Source: Candidatus Bathyarchaeia archaeon (lineage in GTDB: Archaea > Thermoproteota > Bathyarchaeia > Bathyarchaeales > Bathycorpusculaceae). Taken from it: DNA of 19,875 nucleotides. Position numbers and translations under genes: made by a program. Shown one piece after another: positions 1 through 9,160 of this stretch. Position 1 is the stretch's first letter; every line of letters starts with the position of its first letter. Below the pieces are notes generated by a model. That model was not told the origin of the DNA. It did not search any database and was given only the letters and a program-made list of their open reading frames with translations. Where the stretch lies: the NCBI GenBank assembly GCA_050015395.1, contig JBEKBM010000035.1:1-19875 (forward strand), in the 5' to 3' direction.

Positions 1-1
1 T

Positions 2-8
2 TCACCTT
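2..8 (-). promoter_or_regulatory. Shine-Dalgarno (AAGGTGA) for the next gene beyond the window edge
   Basis: The minus strand after the cas8b stop reads TAACAAAAGGTGAA. GGTGA is the archaeal SD core. Confidence 0.6.
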
Positions 9-11
9 TTG

Positions 12-329
12 TTAGAGATTCTCGAAAACTCCTTTGTAGAAGAAATAAGAGTAATCTTCATGCGCTTTCGCATCGTCGATTTCATCGGTCGGTATATCCT
101 TTTTTATTATTTGTGTAATGCTATCTGATCGGTTGACATCAGCGGCTTTAGAGAGCGAAATGCCCAAGCTCACTCGCGAATAGACAAATCTGAGCTTCTC
201 TCTGTCATACTTTGAATAGGTCAAAATGTCATTCGTTGAGTTATTCGCTTCTTTGGCGTCTCGCTTAAATTTTACATATTTTCCAGCAATGAGTCCAATT
301 TTATACGCATATTCTTCATTTTTGTTCAT
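12..329 (-). CDS. cas11: Putative internally translated Cas11 small subunit (105 aa, in frame within cas8b)
   Basis: In-frame ATG at 327-329 (MNKNEEYAYKIG...) preceded by AAAAAAGGGATTAGTT. It sits exactly at the start of the helical C-terminal domain. Confidence 0.55.
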   Translation of the reverse strand: MNKNEEYAYKIGLIAGKYVKFKRDAKEANNSTNDILTYSKYDREKLRFVYSRVSLGISLSKAADVNRSDSITQIIKKDIPTDEIDDAKAHEDYSYFFYKGVFENL

Positions 330-1745
330 AACTAATCCCTTTTTTCCATCATGAGTTAATAGCTTCAAACAAAACTGGGCAGTTTCGAAGAATTCCTGTT
401 TCGTTTTTTTCTCCTTTTCAGCGCCCTTTATCCAATCCCCGAGATAATTTTCCCTTATTATAATTAAATAGTGTTGGAGCAAAACAGTTCGATCAAAAAA
501 GGTGCCTGTCATGAAACACCTTATGGCCATAAGATAATCTGTCCATATAATGTCGTTTTTTCTTTTTATAATGAGGGATTCTAACGCCTTAGGGTGCCAT
601 AAAAAATTATCCTGAGCGCTGCTAAACATTTCCTTCATTTGGTCAAAAGTCAGGTTTTCATCAAGAAGCACTTCAAGCTTAGCTTGTGCTGCTTTAACGC
701 ATATAATCTTCATATTCGATGCTCGACTGACAGATACTCCCGGTTTACTGGTCAGAAGCTTGTAATTGCTGAGAAGTTGGTCGTATATGCCAGACCCCTT
801 TTTTTTAAATTGAAACTCTGGAACAGTAATATCAAAAAAATACCAAGTCAAACCCGATATGTCAAATCTGCTATCTGTTGGCATATTAATCTTTGGGAAG
901 GACTGATTACCTATGCCTAGATTCTGGTAGAAATCTTTGCCCGTTTTACAATTAAGGGTAAACGCTTGGTCGTCAAAGGAAACAAACTTTGCGTTTATAG
1001 TAGTCTTTGATGGATAATCTGTTGCAGAAGTCCCAAAAGAATCCTCGAACTCTTGAGTCAAAACGACATCTGCGCGCGCATCATCGCGGTGTTCAATTTT
1101 CAACTCATCCGATATAAGTGAATAAGGCAATACAACTATGCGGAATCGGATATTTCCCCAAAAGTCCTTGAGTTCTTCGCATATTTTTTTCTCTTGCCAG
1201 AAAGATGTAAAGGCGCCGCAAACTTTGAAAAAAAGCTCAGAAGTCAGTGCACCATCAGCATTTACAATCCCGGCTTCGCTATAAATTTCAAAGAGATTTT
1301 TATCTCGCACAAAGTAGTTTTTCCTATCTAATCTCAAGATCAAAGAATCTGCTTTAGTTGCTGATTCCTCTTTGTTATTTTCGCAGTCAAGTCGGTATTC
1401 ATAGGACGGTTTGTTTGTTTCGCCTGTTTTCTTTTCCCCTTGCACAGAGATTTGCAATTTCCCTTTTCTGTAATTGCCATAAAATTCTACATACGGTTTC
1501 TTAGATGCAGCTCCAGTTGCCCTATTTGGGAGACCAACTGATTCGAGATGGTTTAAAGGCATAGCAAGAGTTTTTCGGAAAGAATCATTTTGATTTGGTT
1601 CATCCCCATAATCTTCCAAAGTTTTAGGGTCAAGCTGAAGAGTTATGACGCTGCCGACCTTAACGAATACTTTTTTTATCGGAACCGGTTTGATTGCTTC
1701 GGTTGTGGTCACTCGATTTTTTAGGAAAAGTTCGTAAGCAAGCAT
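12..1745 (-). CDS. cas8b: Putative type I-B CRISPR-associated large subunit (Cas8b, TM1802/Csh1-like) with C-terminal Cas11-like domain
   Basis: 577 aa. The central KFVSFDDQAF...KDFYQNLGI...FDISGLTWYFF segment resembles the Cas8b 'KFYTxDKxGF...KNxP...F.G..YY' region. The helical C-terminus (AYKIGLIAGKY...YSYFFYKG) is typical of the small-subunit domain. An SD-like AAGGTGA follows the stop, implying a coupled downstream gene (cas7 expected) outside the window. Confidence 0.7.
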   Translation of the reverse strand: MLAYELFLKNRVTTTEAIKPVPIKKVFVKVGSVITLQLDPKTLEDYGDEPNQNDSFRKTLAMPLNHLESVGLPNRATGAASKKPYVEFYGNYRKGKLQISVQGEKKTGETNKPSYEYRLDCENNKEESATKADSLILRLDRKNYFVRDKNLFEIYSEAGIVNADGALTSELFFKVCGAFTSFWQEKKICEELKDFWGNIRFRIVVLPYSLISDELKIEHRDDARADVVLTQEFEDSFGTSATDYPSKTTINAKFVSFDDQAFTLNCKTGKDFYQNLGIGNQSFPKINMPTDSRFDISGLTWYFFDITVPEFQFKKKGSGIYDQLLSNYKLLTSKPGVSVSRASNMKIICVKAAQAKLEVLLDENLTFDQMKEMFSSAQDNFLWHPKALESLIIKRKNDIIWTDYLMAIRCFMTGTFFDRTVLLQHYLIIIRENYLGDWIKGAEKEKKTKQEFFETAQFCLKLLTHDGKKGLVMNKNEEYAYKIGLIAGKYVKFKRDAKEANNSTNDILTYSKYDREKLRFVYSRVSLGISLSKAADVNRSDSITQIIKKDIPTDEIDDAKAHEDYSYFFYKGVFENL

Positions 1746-1784
1746 TTTAATTTCTCTTGTAACTAGACTTTGGTAGCGTATCTC

Positions 1785-2103
1785 TTACAAATAGTATTTA
1801 ACATTTTCCAAGGGTTGAAAAATGTATTCTTTGATTTCTTGGAGTATGCTTGGCGAGTCTATGCTGAGTTGGATTTTGGCGTTTCTTTTGCCTTCGAAGT
1901 GTGCGGTTAGGGGTTCTCCGTTTATCTCCGCTTTCTCAAAGTCGTATAATGTACATTTTAGGGTCTTGCTGCTCCATGATGTTAAAGCGCGGGTCATGCT
2001 TCTCTTGTTGGATGATGAGGCGATGAGTAGTTAACCAGCCTACACCATTTGCCAATTTGAAGGATAAGATCGTCTTTTCTCCCGGAAAGCCATCAAATTT
2101 CAT
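1785..2103 (-). pseudogene. Frameshifted small protein, PH-domain-like (~105 aa if repaired)
   Basis: ATG at 2101-2103 gives MKFDGFPGEKTILSFKLANGVGWLTTHRLIIQQEKHDPRFNIMEQQDPKMY.., then a stop. The 70-aa ORF frame continues ..LYDFEKAEINGEPLTAHFEGKRNAKIQL... The total span is 319 nt (3n+1), consistent with one extra base near 1945-1955. Confidence 0.55.
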
Positions 2104-2241
2104 AATGCTAATTTTGTGCCCAAGTTCTATATTGATTTTTCTTTGTAATCAAGTCTTAGCCATGCGCGTAACGCCGGAACTTCCTCGACTTTGAATTTCT
2201 CTTGGTCGTTGTAGAGTGCCCTAATTTCTGAAGTGTTTTTC

Positions 2242-2262
2242 AAGAAAAGAAAAAATGAAAAA
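2242..2262 (-). terminator. Oligo-T terminator-like tract after the surface-protein gene
   Basis: The minus strand reads TTTTTCATTTTTTCTTTTCTT shortly after the stop at 2276. Confidence 0.45.
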
Positions 2263-2275
2263 GTTCGGCTAATTT

Positions 2276-3712
2276 TCAAGTAGTCTTAGCTAGCTTTGTT
2301 TTTCTTCTGTTTAGAATTATAAGTCCTAGTGTCGCTATGACTGCAACCAAGACAGCGATTATAACTAATAAAATCATTTGACCTCCAAGCAGGTTTCCCA
2401 TAGTGGTAGAGAGAGAAGCAGGAGTAGAGGTAGAACTAAACGTAGCAGTAGATGTAGGGCTAGAAGTAGATGCTTGAGGGTTTAAGCTCATAACTACTGC
2501 ATGGGTGCTGTGATGATAATGTATGGTTATTAACCAAACATTGCCCTGTGAGAAGGTGGCGTAAGGAGTCGTCTGGCCATCTACCGTTGCTGTTAGTGTT
2601 GAAGCATCGGGCATGAGTGATTTTGGAATGCAAACTTGGGCATACCCTATTGTTCCTGAAGGCCCAGAGACAGTAAAGCTTAACGCATCTGTTGTTGAGT
2701 CAAAAGCTAAACTTGTAAGCGTTGAATTTGAAGTTATGGAGAAGATATTTTGATCTTGATTATCGAAAGGTGCTACTGCAAAGTTGACTGTCGTGCTTAC
2801 ACTTGAGTAGACACCGTCACTTGGCCACGTAGCTTCAACGACATAGGTACCTGAAACAGAAGGCATCCACACACAAGAGAAACTTCCGTGATCGTCTGTG
2901 GTCACGTAAGCTAAGTTTTGCCAAGTGGCTCCATCTGTGACACTGTAGGACAACAGTACTCCAGCGCCAGATAAGCCTACTTCGTTATATGCCAGTGAAC
3001 CCTGAATTACAACGTTAAACCCAGAAAATGTTGTAGAACTTGTGCAATAAAACGATAAGGCCGGGGATGGCAGATTTGATGTAGGTGTTGGTTGTGGTGT
3101 AGGTGTTGGAGTCACTATTGGAGTTGGTTGTGGTGTTGGAGTACTTGATGATCCTGCAAAAAAGGCGTCAAGTTGATGATCCATAAGCATTGATACTGTT
3201 ATGCCGGTTCCAGCTCCCTCGTAGGTTCCATCAAGATACCAACCACTAAATGTGAAACCTGGATTTGGGGACTCTGTAACGACTACTGAAGCACTGGAAG
3301 TATAATTCCAAATTCCTGTTCCTGGCGCTATTGTTCCGCCGTTGGCTGGATTTGCGGTAATTGTAAGTGCCACTACTTGTACACTAAATACTGCTTCTAA
3401 GTCGTAGTTTTGGGTCATTGTTATGAGAATGCTTGATAGTTGGCCTTCGTAAACTCCATTCAGATACCAACCATTAAATGAGTAGCCTAAATTCGTTTGT
3501 TCAGTAGCAACAATAGTTGCACCATAAGAGTATTGACCAGATCCAGGAGTAACAGTTCCTGCTCCTGAAAGATTAACGGTTACGGTCAAAGTGTCCCAAG
3601 AAGCAGGAGGATAAGGAGGAGGAGTTTGCGCTGACACGATTGATGTAAAACCTACACTGATCAAAAATGTTAGCATAAGTAAGCACGTAATTTTGCGAGC
3701 GCTAACTTTCAT
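2276..3712 (-). CDS. Membrane-anchored cell-surface protein with two InlB B-repeat/Flg_new-like domains, Pro/Thr linker and Ig-like domain
   Basis: N-terminal signal peptide. Two repeats with G(Y/F)xFxGWY(L)xG and a terminal L-x-A-x-F. PTPQPTP linker, Ser/Thr-rich stalk, C-terminal TM helix followed by RRKTK. Confidence 0.85.
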   Translation of the reverse strand: MKVSARKITCLLMLTFLISVGFTSIVSAQTPPPYPPASWDTLTVTVNLSGAGTVTPGSGQYSYGATIVATEQTNLGYSFNGWYLNGVYEGQLSSILITMTQNYDLEAVFSVQVVALTITANPANGGTIAPGTGIWNYTSSASVVVTESPNPGFTFSGWYLDGTYEGAGTGITVSMLMDHQLDAFFAGSSSTPTPQPTPIVTPTPTPQPTPTSNLPSPALSFYCTSSTTFSGFNVVIQGSLAYNEVGLSGAGVLLSYSVTDGATWQNLAYVTTDDHGSFSCVWMPSVSGTYVVEATWPSDGVYSSVSTTVNFAVAPFDNQDQNIFSITSNSTLTSLAFDSTTDALSFTVSGPSGTIGYAQVCIPKSLMPDASTLTATVDGQTTPYATFSQGNVWLITIHYHHSTHAVVMSLNPQASTSSPTSTATFSSTSTPASLSTTMGNLLGGQMILLVIIAVLVAVIATLGLIILNRRKTKLAKTT

Positions 3713-3717
3713 AATTT

Positions 3718-3760
3718 ATCCTCTTTCTCTTTAGAAGAGTAATGAGTATAAAAGCTTTTA
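3718..3760 (-). promoter_or_regulatory. TATA box (TTTATA, 3747-3752) and SD (GAGGAT, 3718-3723) of the surface-protein gene, overlapping a 12-bp palindrome TAAAAGCTTTTA (3749-3760)
   Basis: Motifs read directly, about 35 nt upstream of the ATG at 3712, in the divergent intergenic region. Confidence 0.45.
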
Positions 3761-3895
3761 CAAAACAAAAAGAAACCTATCGCGAAATGTATACTTGTAA
3801 AGACTATTTATGAATAAATGTTACATTTGCGCATAAGTTATAAGCAAACATTAAACACAATAGAGAATATTGAGCACACGCTAGGCGGCGCTAAG

Positions 3896-6154
3896 ATGGT
3901 TGAGAAAACAAGCAAAAACCTCTTGTTACTAGCCATACTAGCTATTGCGTTTGCCTACAGATTCTCGCTTATGACAATGAATACTTTTCCGCCTGGAGCT
4001 GACATTGGATTATATGAAAGCGTAATAAAATCAATTACATCTGGAAAAACAAACTTCTTCTGGAATTATTACCAAATGGGCGGTGGCCTTTCAGTGACAA
4101 ATCCCGGCTACAGCATTTTTGCAGCATTCGTAATAAGTATGACGGGATTACCGGACTATTTAGCGCAGGCATTGGTGGCTTCTTTCTTTTCTGCGTTTAT
4201 AGTTTTGTGTGCTTTCTTGATTGTAAGACGAGTTTGGAGTGAATTAGCAGGCTTTATTGTTGCCGTTTTGGTTACTTTCTCTGCAAGCGATATTGTCATG
4301 TTAAATTGGGCTGGGTACCCAACTATAATAACGCTGATGTTAATTCCAATCGTATTTTATTTATTTCTCCATCCCTCAAAACTATCTTCTAAAAGTTATC
4401 TTGCAGTAACTTCCATTCTTATCAGTGCTATATTTTTAACCGAAATCTTCAGCGCATTTGTCTTCATTGCAATAACAATATTTGCACTCTTTATAGGCGC
4501 CCTTTTTTCAAAGAAGACGGGTCTATCAAAAAAACAGGCAATTTCTTGGTTGATGCCAATTGCCTTTGGCGCTTTACTGGTTTCGCCTTATCTAGTCAAT
4601 ATTGTTCCAGTATATTTCAGTTCAGAAGGCACCATAACTGGAACGGTTTCGGAAGTTAGTCAAGCGGTTCTTGAGACAAGCCTAATTCCCTTAGAAATTA
4701 TCTGCTTATGCTTGATTCCAGTTTTCCTGTTCTTTGTATTTTCTAAATATCAAAATGGAAAATTCTTGTCCATGCCTACAATTCTATTTGCCTCATGGAT
4801 TCTTGTTCCGGCACTGGCGACTCAAAGTTACTTGTTCGGCGTGTATTTGACTTATGAACTTTTTCTCTATTTTCTAGCTCTCCCAGTTATCATTTGCGTT
4901 GGCCTGGTAATTGCAAATTCACCCAATGCGCTTTCACGTGTAGCACCAATTCTGGGCAACTCCATTAAACTGAAAATCAAAGCAAAACCAGCCTTTAATC
5001 TTTCCACAAAAGCCTTAACTGTAGCCTTACTCTCAATCCTGATAGTTTTTACTTTATTCACGCCTCTTTTTGCTTTACCGAACGTTGGTGTTTCTCAAGC
5101 GGATTATTTCCAAGTTATGACTCCTTCAGAATATCAAGCGATACAATGGGTTAAGGCCTACACTCCTGTTGGCTCTGTCTGTGTCGCTGATGCAGAATTT
5201 GGTTGGTGGCTTTCAGGGTTCGCTCAAAGACCGACATTAAGCGCCGTTGATCCGCAGTATTTGATTTTGCAGCATGAGGTGGGACCAGCGAATGTGGCTA
5301 CAAACCTTTTGACAGCAGATTATCTAATAGATAACGGCCTTATCCAAATTGAACAAGCGGGAGCATACGCAAACGGTAACACACATGAAATTTTAGCAAT
5401 ACTAAATAATACATCCATCCATCCTACAGTTTTCTCAATAAATGATACACAAATTAGCGTCTTATACACGGAAAATGGTGCACCACAACAACTTAGTCTA
5501 GCAGAATTTACAAATACTAACACATATGTTGAAAGTAACTTAGATAATGCATCCTTTATAATAACACGAGAAAACCCACTCCTCAACGTTACTGAAGAAA
5601 TAACCCTTTTTAAAGGAGTTAGTTTCGCAGAAATTTCATTTATTCTTCAAAATAACACCGGCAATGTTAATTTTGATTGGCTACAGTTACCTTTCCAGTC
5701 TAGAGGCTTCCCCTTGCAGTATGCTAACAGTATTGCTATAGTCGATAACGTAATGCATGAGTTAAGTCAGATAGTGTTCCCTGAAGGAAAACTTGGCAGT
5801 GATGTTGTCATGCAAGAGAACCCCTCTTCCTATGAACTCATCTATAACCTTCAGGGGAATTCTACTTCTAAGATAAGCTTCTTTGTGGGGCTCTGCCAAT
5901 TTAACCCTGATACTGAGACAAATCAAGCCAATTACTATAACAACCTTATAGAAAATAACACTGAAAACTACCTTGATACGATTTCAAACTTACCGCTTAA
6001 TTGCTTTGATTACCAAACCGCAATAAGCGAATGGAACATATCATACATTGCCGTTACGGATTTTGATTCGCTCCCAAGGTTCTATGACGACCCAATGTTT
6101 GCCCTTGTTTTCAAGAATGACCAAGTTGCTATATTCAAAGTTATTAAATCTTAA
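3896..6154 (+). CDS. Polytopic membrane protein, probable GT-C fold glycosyltransferase (PMT/GT39-like) with extracytoplasmic C-terminal domain
   Basis: About 12 TM segments, an acidic PGADxGxY motif in the first loop, and 'EYQAIQWVKAYTP..VCVADAEFGWW' plus a terminal 'VFKNDQVAIFKV', as in archaeal GT-C proteins. Start moved from 3818 to the ATG at 3896 (MVEKTSK), just before the first TM helix. Confidence 0.75.
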   Translation: MVEKTSKNLLLLAILAIAFAYRFSLMTMNTFPPGADIGLYESVIKSITSGKTNFFWNYYQMGGGLSVTNPGYSIFAAFVISMTGLPDYLAQALVASFFSAFIVLCAFLIVRRVWSELAGFIVAVLVTFSASDIVMLNWAGYPTIITLMLIPIVFYLFLHPSKLSSKSYLAVTSILISAIFLTEIFSAFVFIAITIFALFIGALFSKKTGLSKKQAISWLMPIAFGALLVSPYLVNIVPVYFSSEGTITGTVSEVSQAVLETSLIPLEIICLCLIPVFLFFVFSKYQNGKFLSMPTILFASWILVPALATQSYLFGVYLTYELFLYFLALPVIICVGLVIANSPNALSRVAPILGNSIKLKIKAKPAFNLSTKALTVALLSILIVFTLFTPLFALPNVGVSQADYFQVMTPSEYQAIQWVKAYTPVGSVCVADAEFGWWLSGFAQRPTLSAVDPQYLILQHEVGPANVATNLLTADYLIDNGLIQIEQAGAYANGNTHEILAILNNTSIHPTVFSINDTQISVLYTENGAPQQLSLAEFTNTNTYVESNLDNASFIITRENPLLNVTEEITLFKGVSFAEISFILQNNTGNVNFDWLQLPFQSRGFPLQYANSIAIVDNVMHELSQIVFPEGKLGSDVVMQENPSSYELIYNLQGNSTSKISFFVGLCQFNPDTETNQANYYNNLIENNTENYLDTISNLPLNCFDYQTAISEWNISYIAVTDFDSLPRFYDDPMFALVFKNDQVAIFKVIKS

Positions 6155-6218
6155 TTTTAGATAATTTCTGCCGCGCGTGCGCGTCTATAATTTTAAGAAA
6201 GAAAAAGACAAAGAAAAG

Positions 6219-6695
6219 TTAGCTAAATTCAGCCTTGGATATAGCTACGAAAATAACGCTAAGAATTGATAGAATAGTCATAGGTAATCCAAGAAACCAG
6301 AGTTGTGTTGCTATTAAGATTCCAACAGCCGTCATAAAGCTTAGTCCGAAGATTGAGAATGCTATATACTTTCGATTTCGAAGTAATGCAATTATTCCAG
6401 AGGACAAGCCAAAAGAGAATGCCAATAAACCGAAGATTCCGATTACTACATAGTCCAAATTAACGCCGTTGACGTATCCCCAGCCATAACCCGACTCTGT
6501 TAACGCTGCATAAATAGCAAGTATTCCGACTCCAATTGCTACACAAGAACTAAGGATTGCTAAAACACCAGCAGTTATTGGAAAAGCTGTTCGCTTCTTT
6601 TGCACTACTACTTTGATAGGTTTAGCACAGTAAGGACAAAACGTTGCATCTTCATTAGTCACTTCTCTCCCGCAATTTTGGCATTTCATTTTCAA
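6219..6695 (-). CDS. Zinc-ribbon domain membrane protein
   Basis: N-terminal CQNCG...FCPYCA zinc ribbon followed by about 4 TM helices. Confidence 0.85.
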   Translation of the reverse strand: MKMKCQNCGREVTNEDATFCPYCAKPIKVVVQKKRTAFPITAGVLAILSSCVAIGVGILAIYAALTESGYGWGYVNGVNLDYVVIGIFGLLAFSFGLSSGIIALLRNRKYIAFSIFGLSFMTAVGILIATQLWFLGLPMTILSILSVIFVAISKAEFS

Positions 6696-7073
6696 ATCAC
6701 TGCTGGGCTATCTATTTGTTTTCAAATTTAAGCTTTAGGATTGAGAGCTTCTTCTTAGTTTTTTGTAATTATAATTATTCGGGATTTTTAAGTTAACTTA
6801 CTAAACGCTAAGTCATGGACACCGTTAAACAGTTCAAAAATTCCCCAGAAATAAGGGAATACTTAGATGAATGTTACCGAAGAGGCATCATTCAATAAAA
6901 AAAGAAAAGCTTGAACCCCTGCTCTCAATAGCTATTCACTGTATTCTTTTTAGTAACTGAAGTTTGGCGTTTTTAGATTTTTAGTTGTCTGCAGATAGTT
7001 TCAGGCTTTGCTTGATGTTTGAACTTCTGGTAAATCCAGTCCACGAGCCTTCGGAAGCATTGATCCTTCACGT

Positions 7074-7238
7074 AGCGTCAACTGGACTCTAAGAGACAGC
7101 GTACAAGCAAAACTCAGAGTAATGGTGAGGCATATCCTCAAGAAATACGGGTATCCGCCCGATAAGCAAGAAAATGCCACGTTAACGGTGGATCAAGCGA
7201 AGCTGCTGTGCAAAGACTAGGCAGAGACACAAACCTAA
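7074..7238 (+). pseudogene. hsdR: C-terminal remnant of type I restriction enzyme R subunit (HsdR, DUF3387-type tail)
   Basis: Translation [53 protein letters not shown] matches the conserved HsdR tail ([44 protein letters not shown]..W). There is no start codon, and a TAG at 7218-7220 falls where Trp is expected. Confidence 0.85.
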
Positions 7239-7845
7239 ACTGCATAATAGCACGTGCTCACATTTAACGGTTGGAGATTGGCACCTGTTGTTAAAGGAAT
7301 AACCGCTGTCTATCTTAAGGGTATGTACTCAAATATGGCCTCGCACCAGCAGAAAAAAGGGAAAGTTTACCGTTTAAGCCGCAGGAACAAGATTTACTGG
7401 GTAGATTACCAACACTGCGGGAGCGTTATTCTGGCATAGGGCATCTATGAGAAAATCAAAGGCTTGATTTGGCTTCACTTTACATGAGCATAGAAACATG
7501 GGAAAGCGTCAAAATTAATTGTTAGCAATTGTCAACATAACGAGATGTTATCTTTGTTATAGTTTGACTGCAGTCACATAAGAATAAATCTGTTTCTGAA
7601 CAAATATTTACTGGCGATTCCTTAATACTACATGCTGAGAAAACGGCCACATAGATTCGGCGAATGTAGTCTTGTTGGACAAATCAATGGAAAAACTTAT
7701 TTCCAAGAATTCTTATATAGTATTCCACCAATAAAGATTTCGACTTCACAAGCTTGAATAAGCTATGCGTTGAACAACAAGATAAACGGACGAATTGAGA
7801 TGAATCTTGGGAAGACCTTAAAAGGGAATGCCATATCACAAGTAA

Positions 7846-8397
7846 GTGAGAAACATGGTAAGTAATTCGATTTTTGACTATATCAACATTATGCGTTCTG
7901 ACCTTAACAAAATGGAAAACAAGGGTGAAGTCGATTCTTCCTTCGTTGCAAAAATTGATACTTTGGACTCAGAACTTAACAAAATGAAATTGTACTGGAT
8001 CAATCAAAAAGCAGTACCCATTAGTTCTGCCTTCATATTCTATTCTTCAATGCATAATGCTAGACTTATATTAAGCAAGATGAAAGAGCGATTCAAAATT
8101 GCTCATAAAGTTGGAGACAATCCTGGGATTGCTTGCGATTCTCTATTAATAATGCCCATTATCTCTGAAGTATACCAAAAGACTGCTGAAGCCGCTGAAG
8201 AAGGTCAAAAACTCAATCCATTTCTAGCGAATGAAGCACTTAAGTTGGTATCCACGCTGAGAACTACAGCTAAGCTAGTTGGCTTGCTTCCATCTTCTGA
8301 TGAAGAAACAAAGAAAACTGATACAGACCAGTTGAAGAAAACCGCATTGGAGCTAGACAAAAAATTTGTCGCATCCAACCTCCTCAACGACATCTAA
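7846..8397 (+). CDS. Hypothetical all-alpha protein, partner of the downstream PIN protein
   Basis: 183-aa ORF (start may be the ATG at 7855). Helical, charged composition. Overlaps the next gene by 32 nt. Confidence 0.7.
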   Translation: MRNMVSNSIFDYINIMRSDLNKMENKGEVDSSFVAKIDTLDSELNKMKLYWINQKAVPISSAFIFYSSMHNARLILSKMKERFKIAHKVGDNPGIACDSLLIMPIISEVYQKTAEAAEEGQKLNPFLANEALKLVSTLRTTAKLVGLLPSSDEETKKTDTDQLKKTALELDKKFVASNLLNDI

Positions 8398-9160
8398 GGT
8401 CTTTCTGGATACCTGTGTACTGGTTTCAGCATCCGTTTACGGCTCTTACAAGGATTTAGGCATTGAATCACAACATCAGTTTTACTTGAAAACAGTTCCC
8501 CTTTTTGACATTATTAGACGGCATGTCGAAAAGCGAATAGGAATAATCACTTTCACAATCGAGACACAAGCACTTGGTGTCATTGCAAGCGCCGTCGCCA
8601 ACCAACTTGAAGAAACAGCTGAAAAATTAACAGACCTAGAGCTAAAAGCCAAGATATTTGAGAGCCATGCTGTTTTCTTTGATCAATGCCTTGCTCACCT
8701 TCAGGAGAACCTTTCAGTTCTACAAAGAGAACCTGTTTCCCAAACAGAGGTAGAACGATATTATCCAGAAGTATCCATTATGTACAACAATCTTCGGGAA
8801 GTTGCGAAGAATCTTGACATAAACCACCTTATAAATGTAAATGTGACCCCAAGGTACCAGAAAACGATACGGTACGAAGTTTATAAACAGTACGAGAAAC
8901 GCTATAAACAACTCCTCAAACTGAAGAATGAGCCCGTGGAAGAGTCTGACAAAAGAATTCTCTGCGAAGCAATAAGTCTCTTGAAAATTTATCAAAAAAC
9001 AGACGCACACACAAAAATGTACCTATCATCCACAGACTACCATTTTTCACCAAGTGACTCCGGCGGAGAAATAGCTGAACAAATTTCAAAACAGTTTAAT
9101 ATAATGTGCGATTGGCCAGACAAAATCGCAAAACGTTTGAAGACTGAAGGTTATACCTAA
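8366..9160 (+). CDS. PIN-domain ribonuclease-like protein with a large helical insertion
   Basis: N-terminal VFLDTCVLVSA, a TIETQA glutamate helix, then SDKRILCEA and LSSTDYHF supply the PIN acidic catalytic pattern. Confidence 0.75.
   Translation: MSHPTSSTTSKVFLDTCVLVSASVYGSYKDLGIESQHQFYLKTVPLFDIIRRHVEKRIGIITFTIETQALGVIASAVANQLEETAEKLTDLELKAKIFESHAVFFDQCLAHLQENLSVLQREPVSQTEVERYYPEVSIMYNNLREVAKNLDINHLINVNVTPRYQKTIRYEVYKQYEKRYKQLLKLKNEPVEESDKRILCEAISLLKIYQKTDAHTKMYLSSTDYHFSPSDSGGEIAEQISKQFNIMCDWPDKIAKRLKTEGYT

Noticed and set aside
3080-3141. Short GGTTGTGGTG-type repeats
   Set aside because: Explained by the Pro/Thr linker codons of the surface protein.
7254-7439. 61-aa ORF and other short ORFs in 6700-7840 and 19291-19473
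   Set aside because: Short, with no motifs, in degenerate intergenic DNA.
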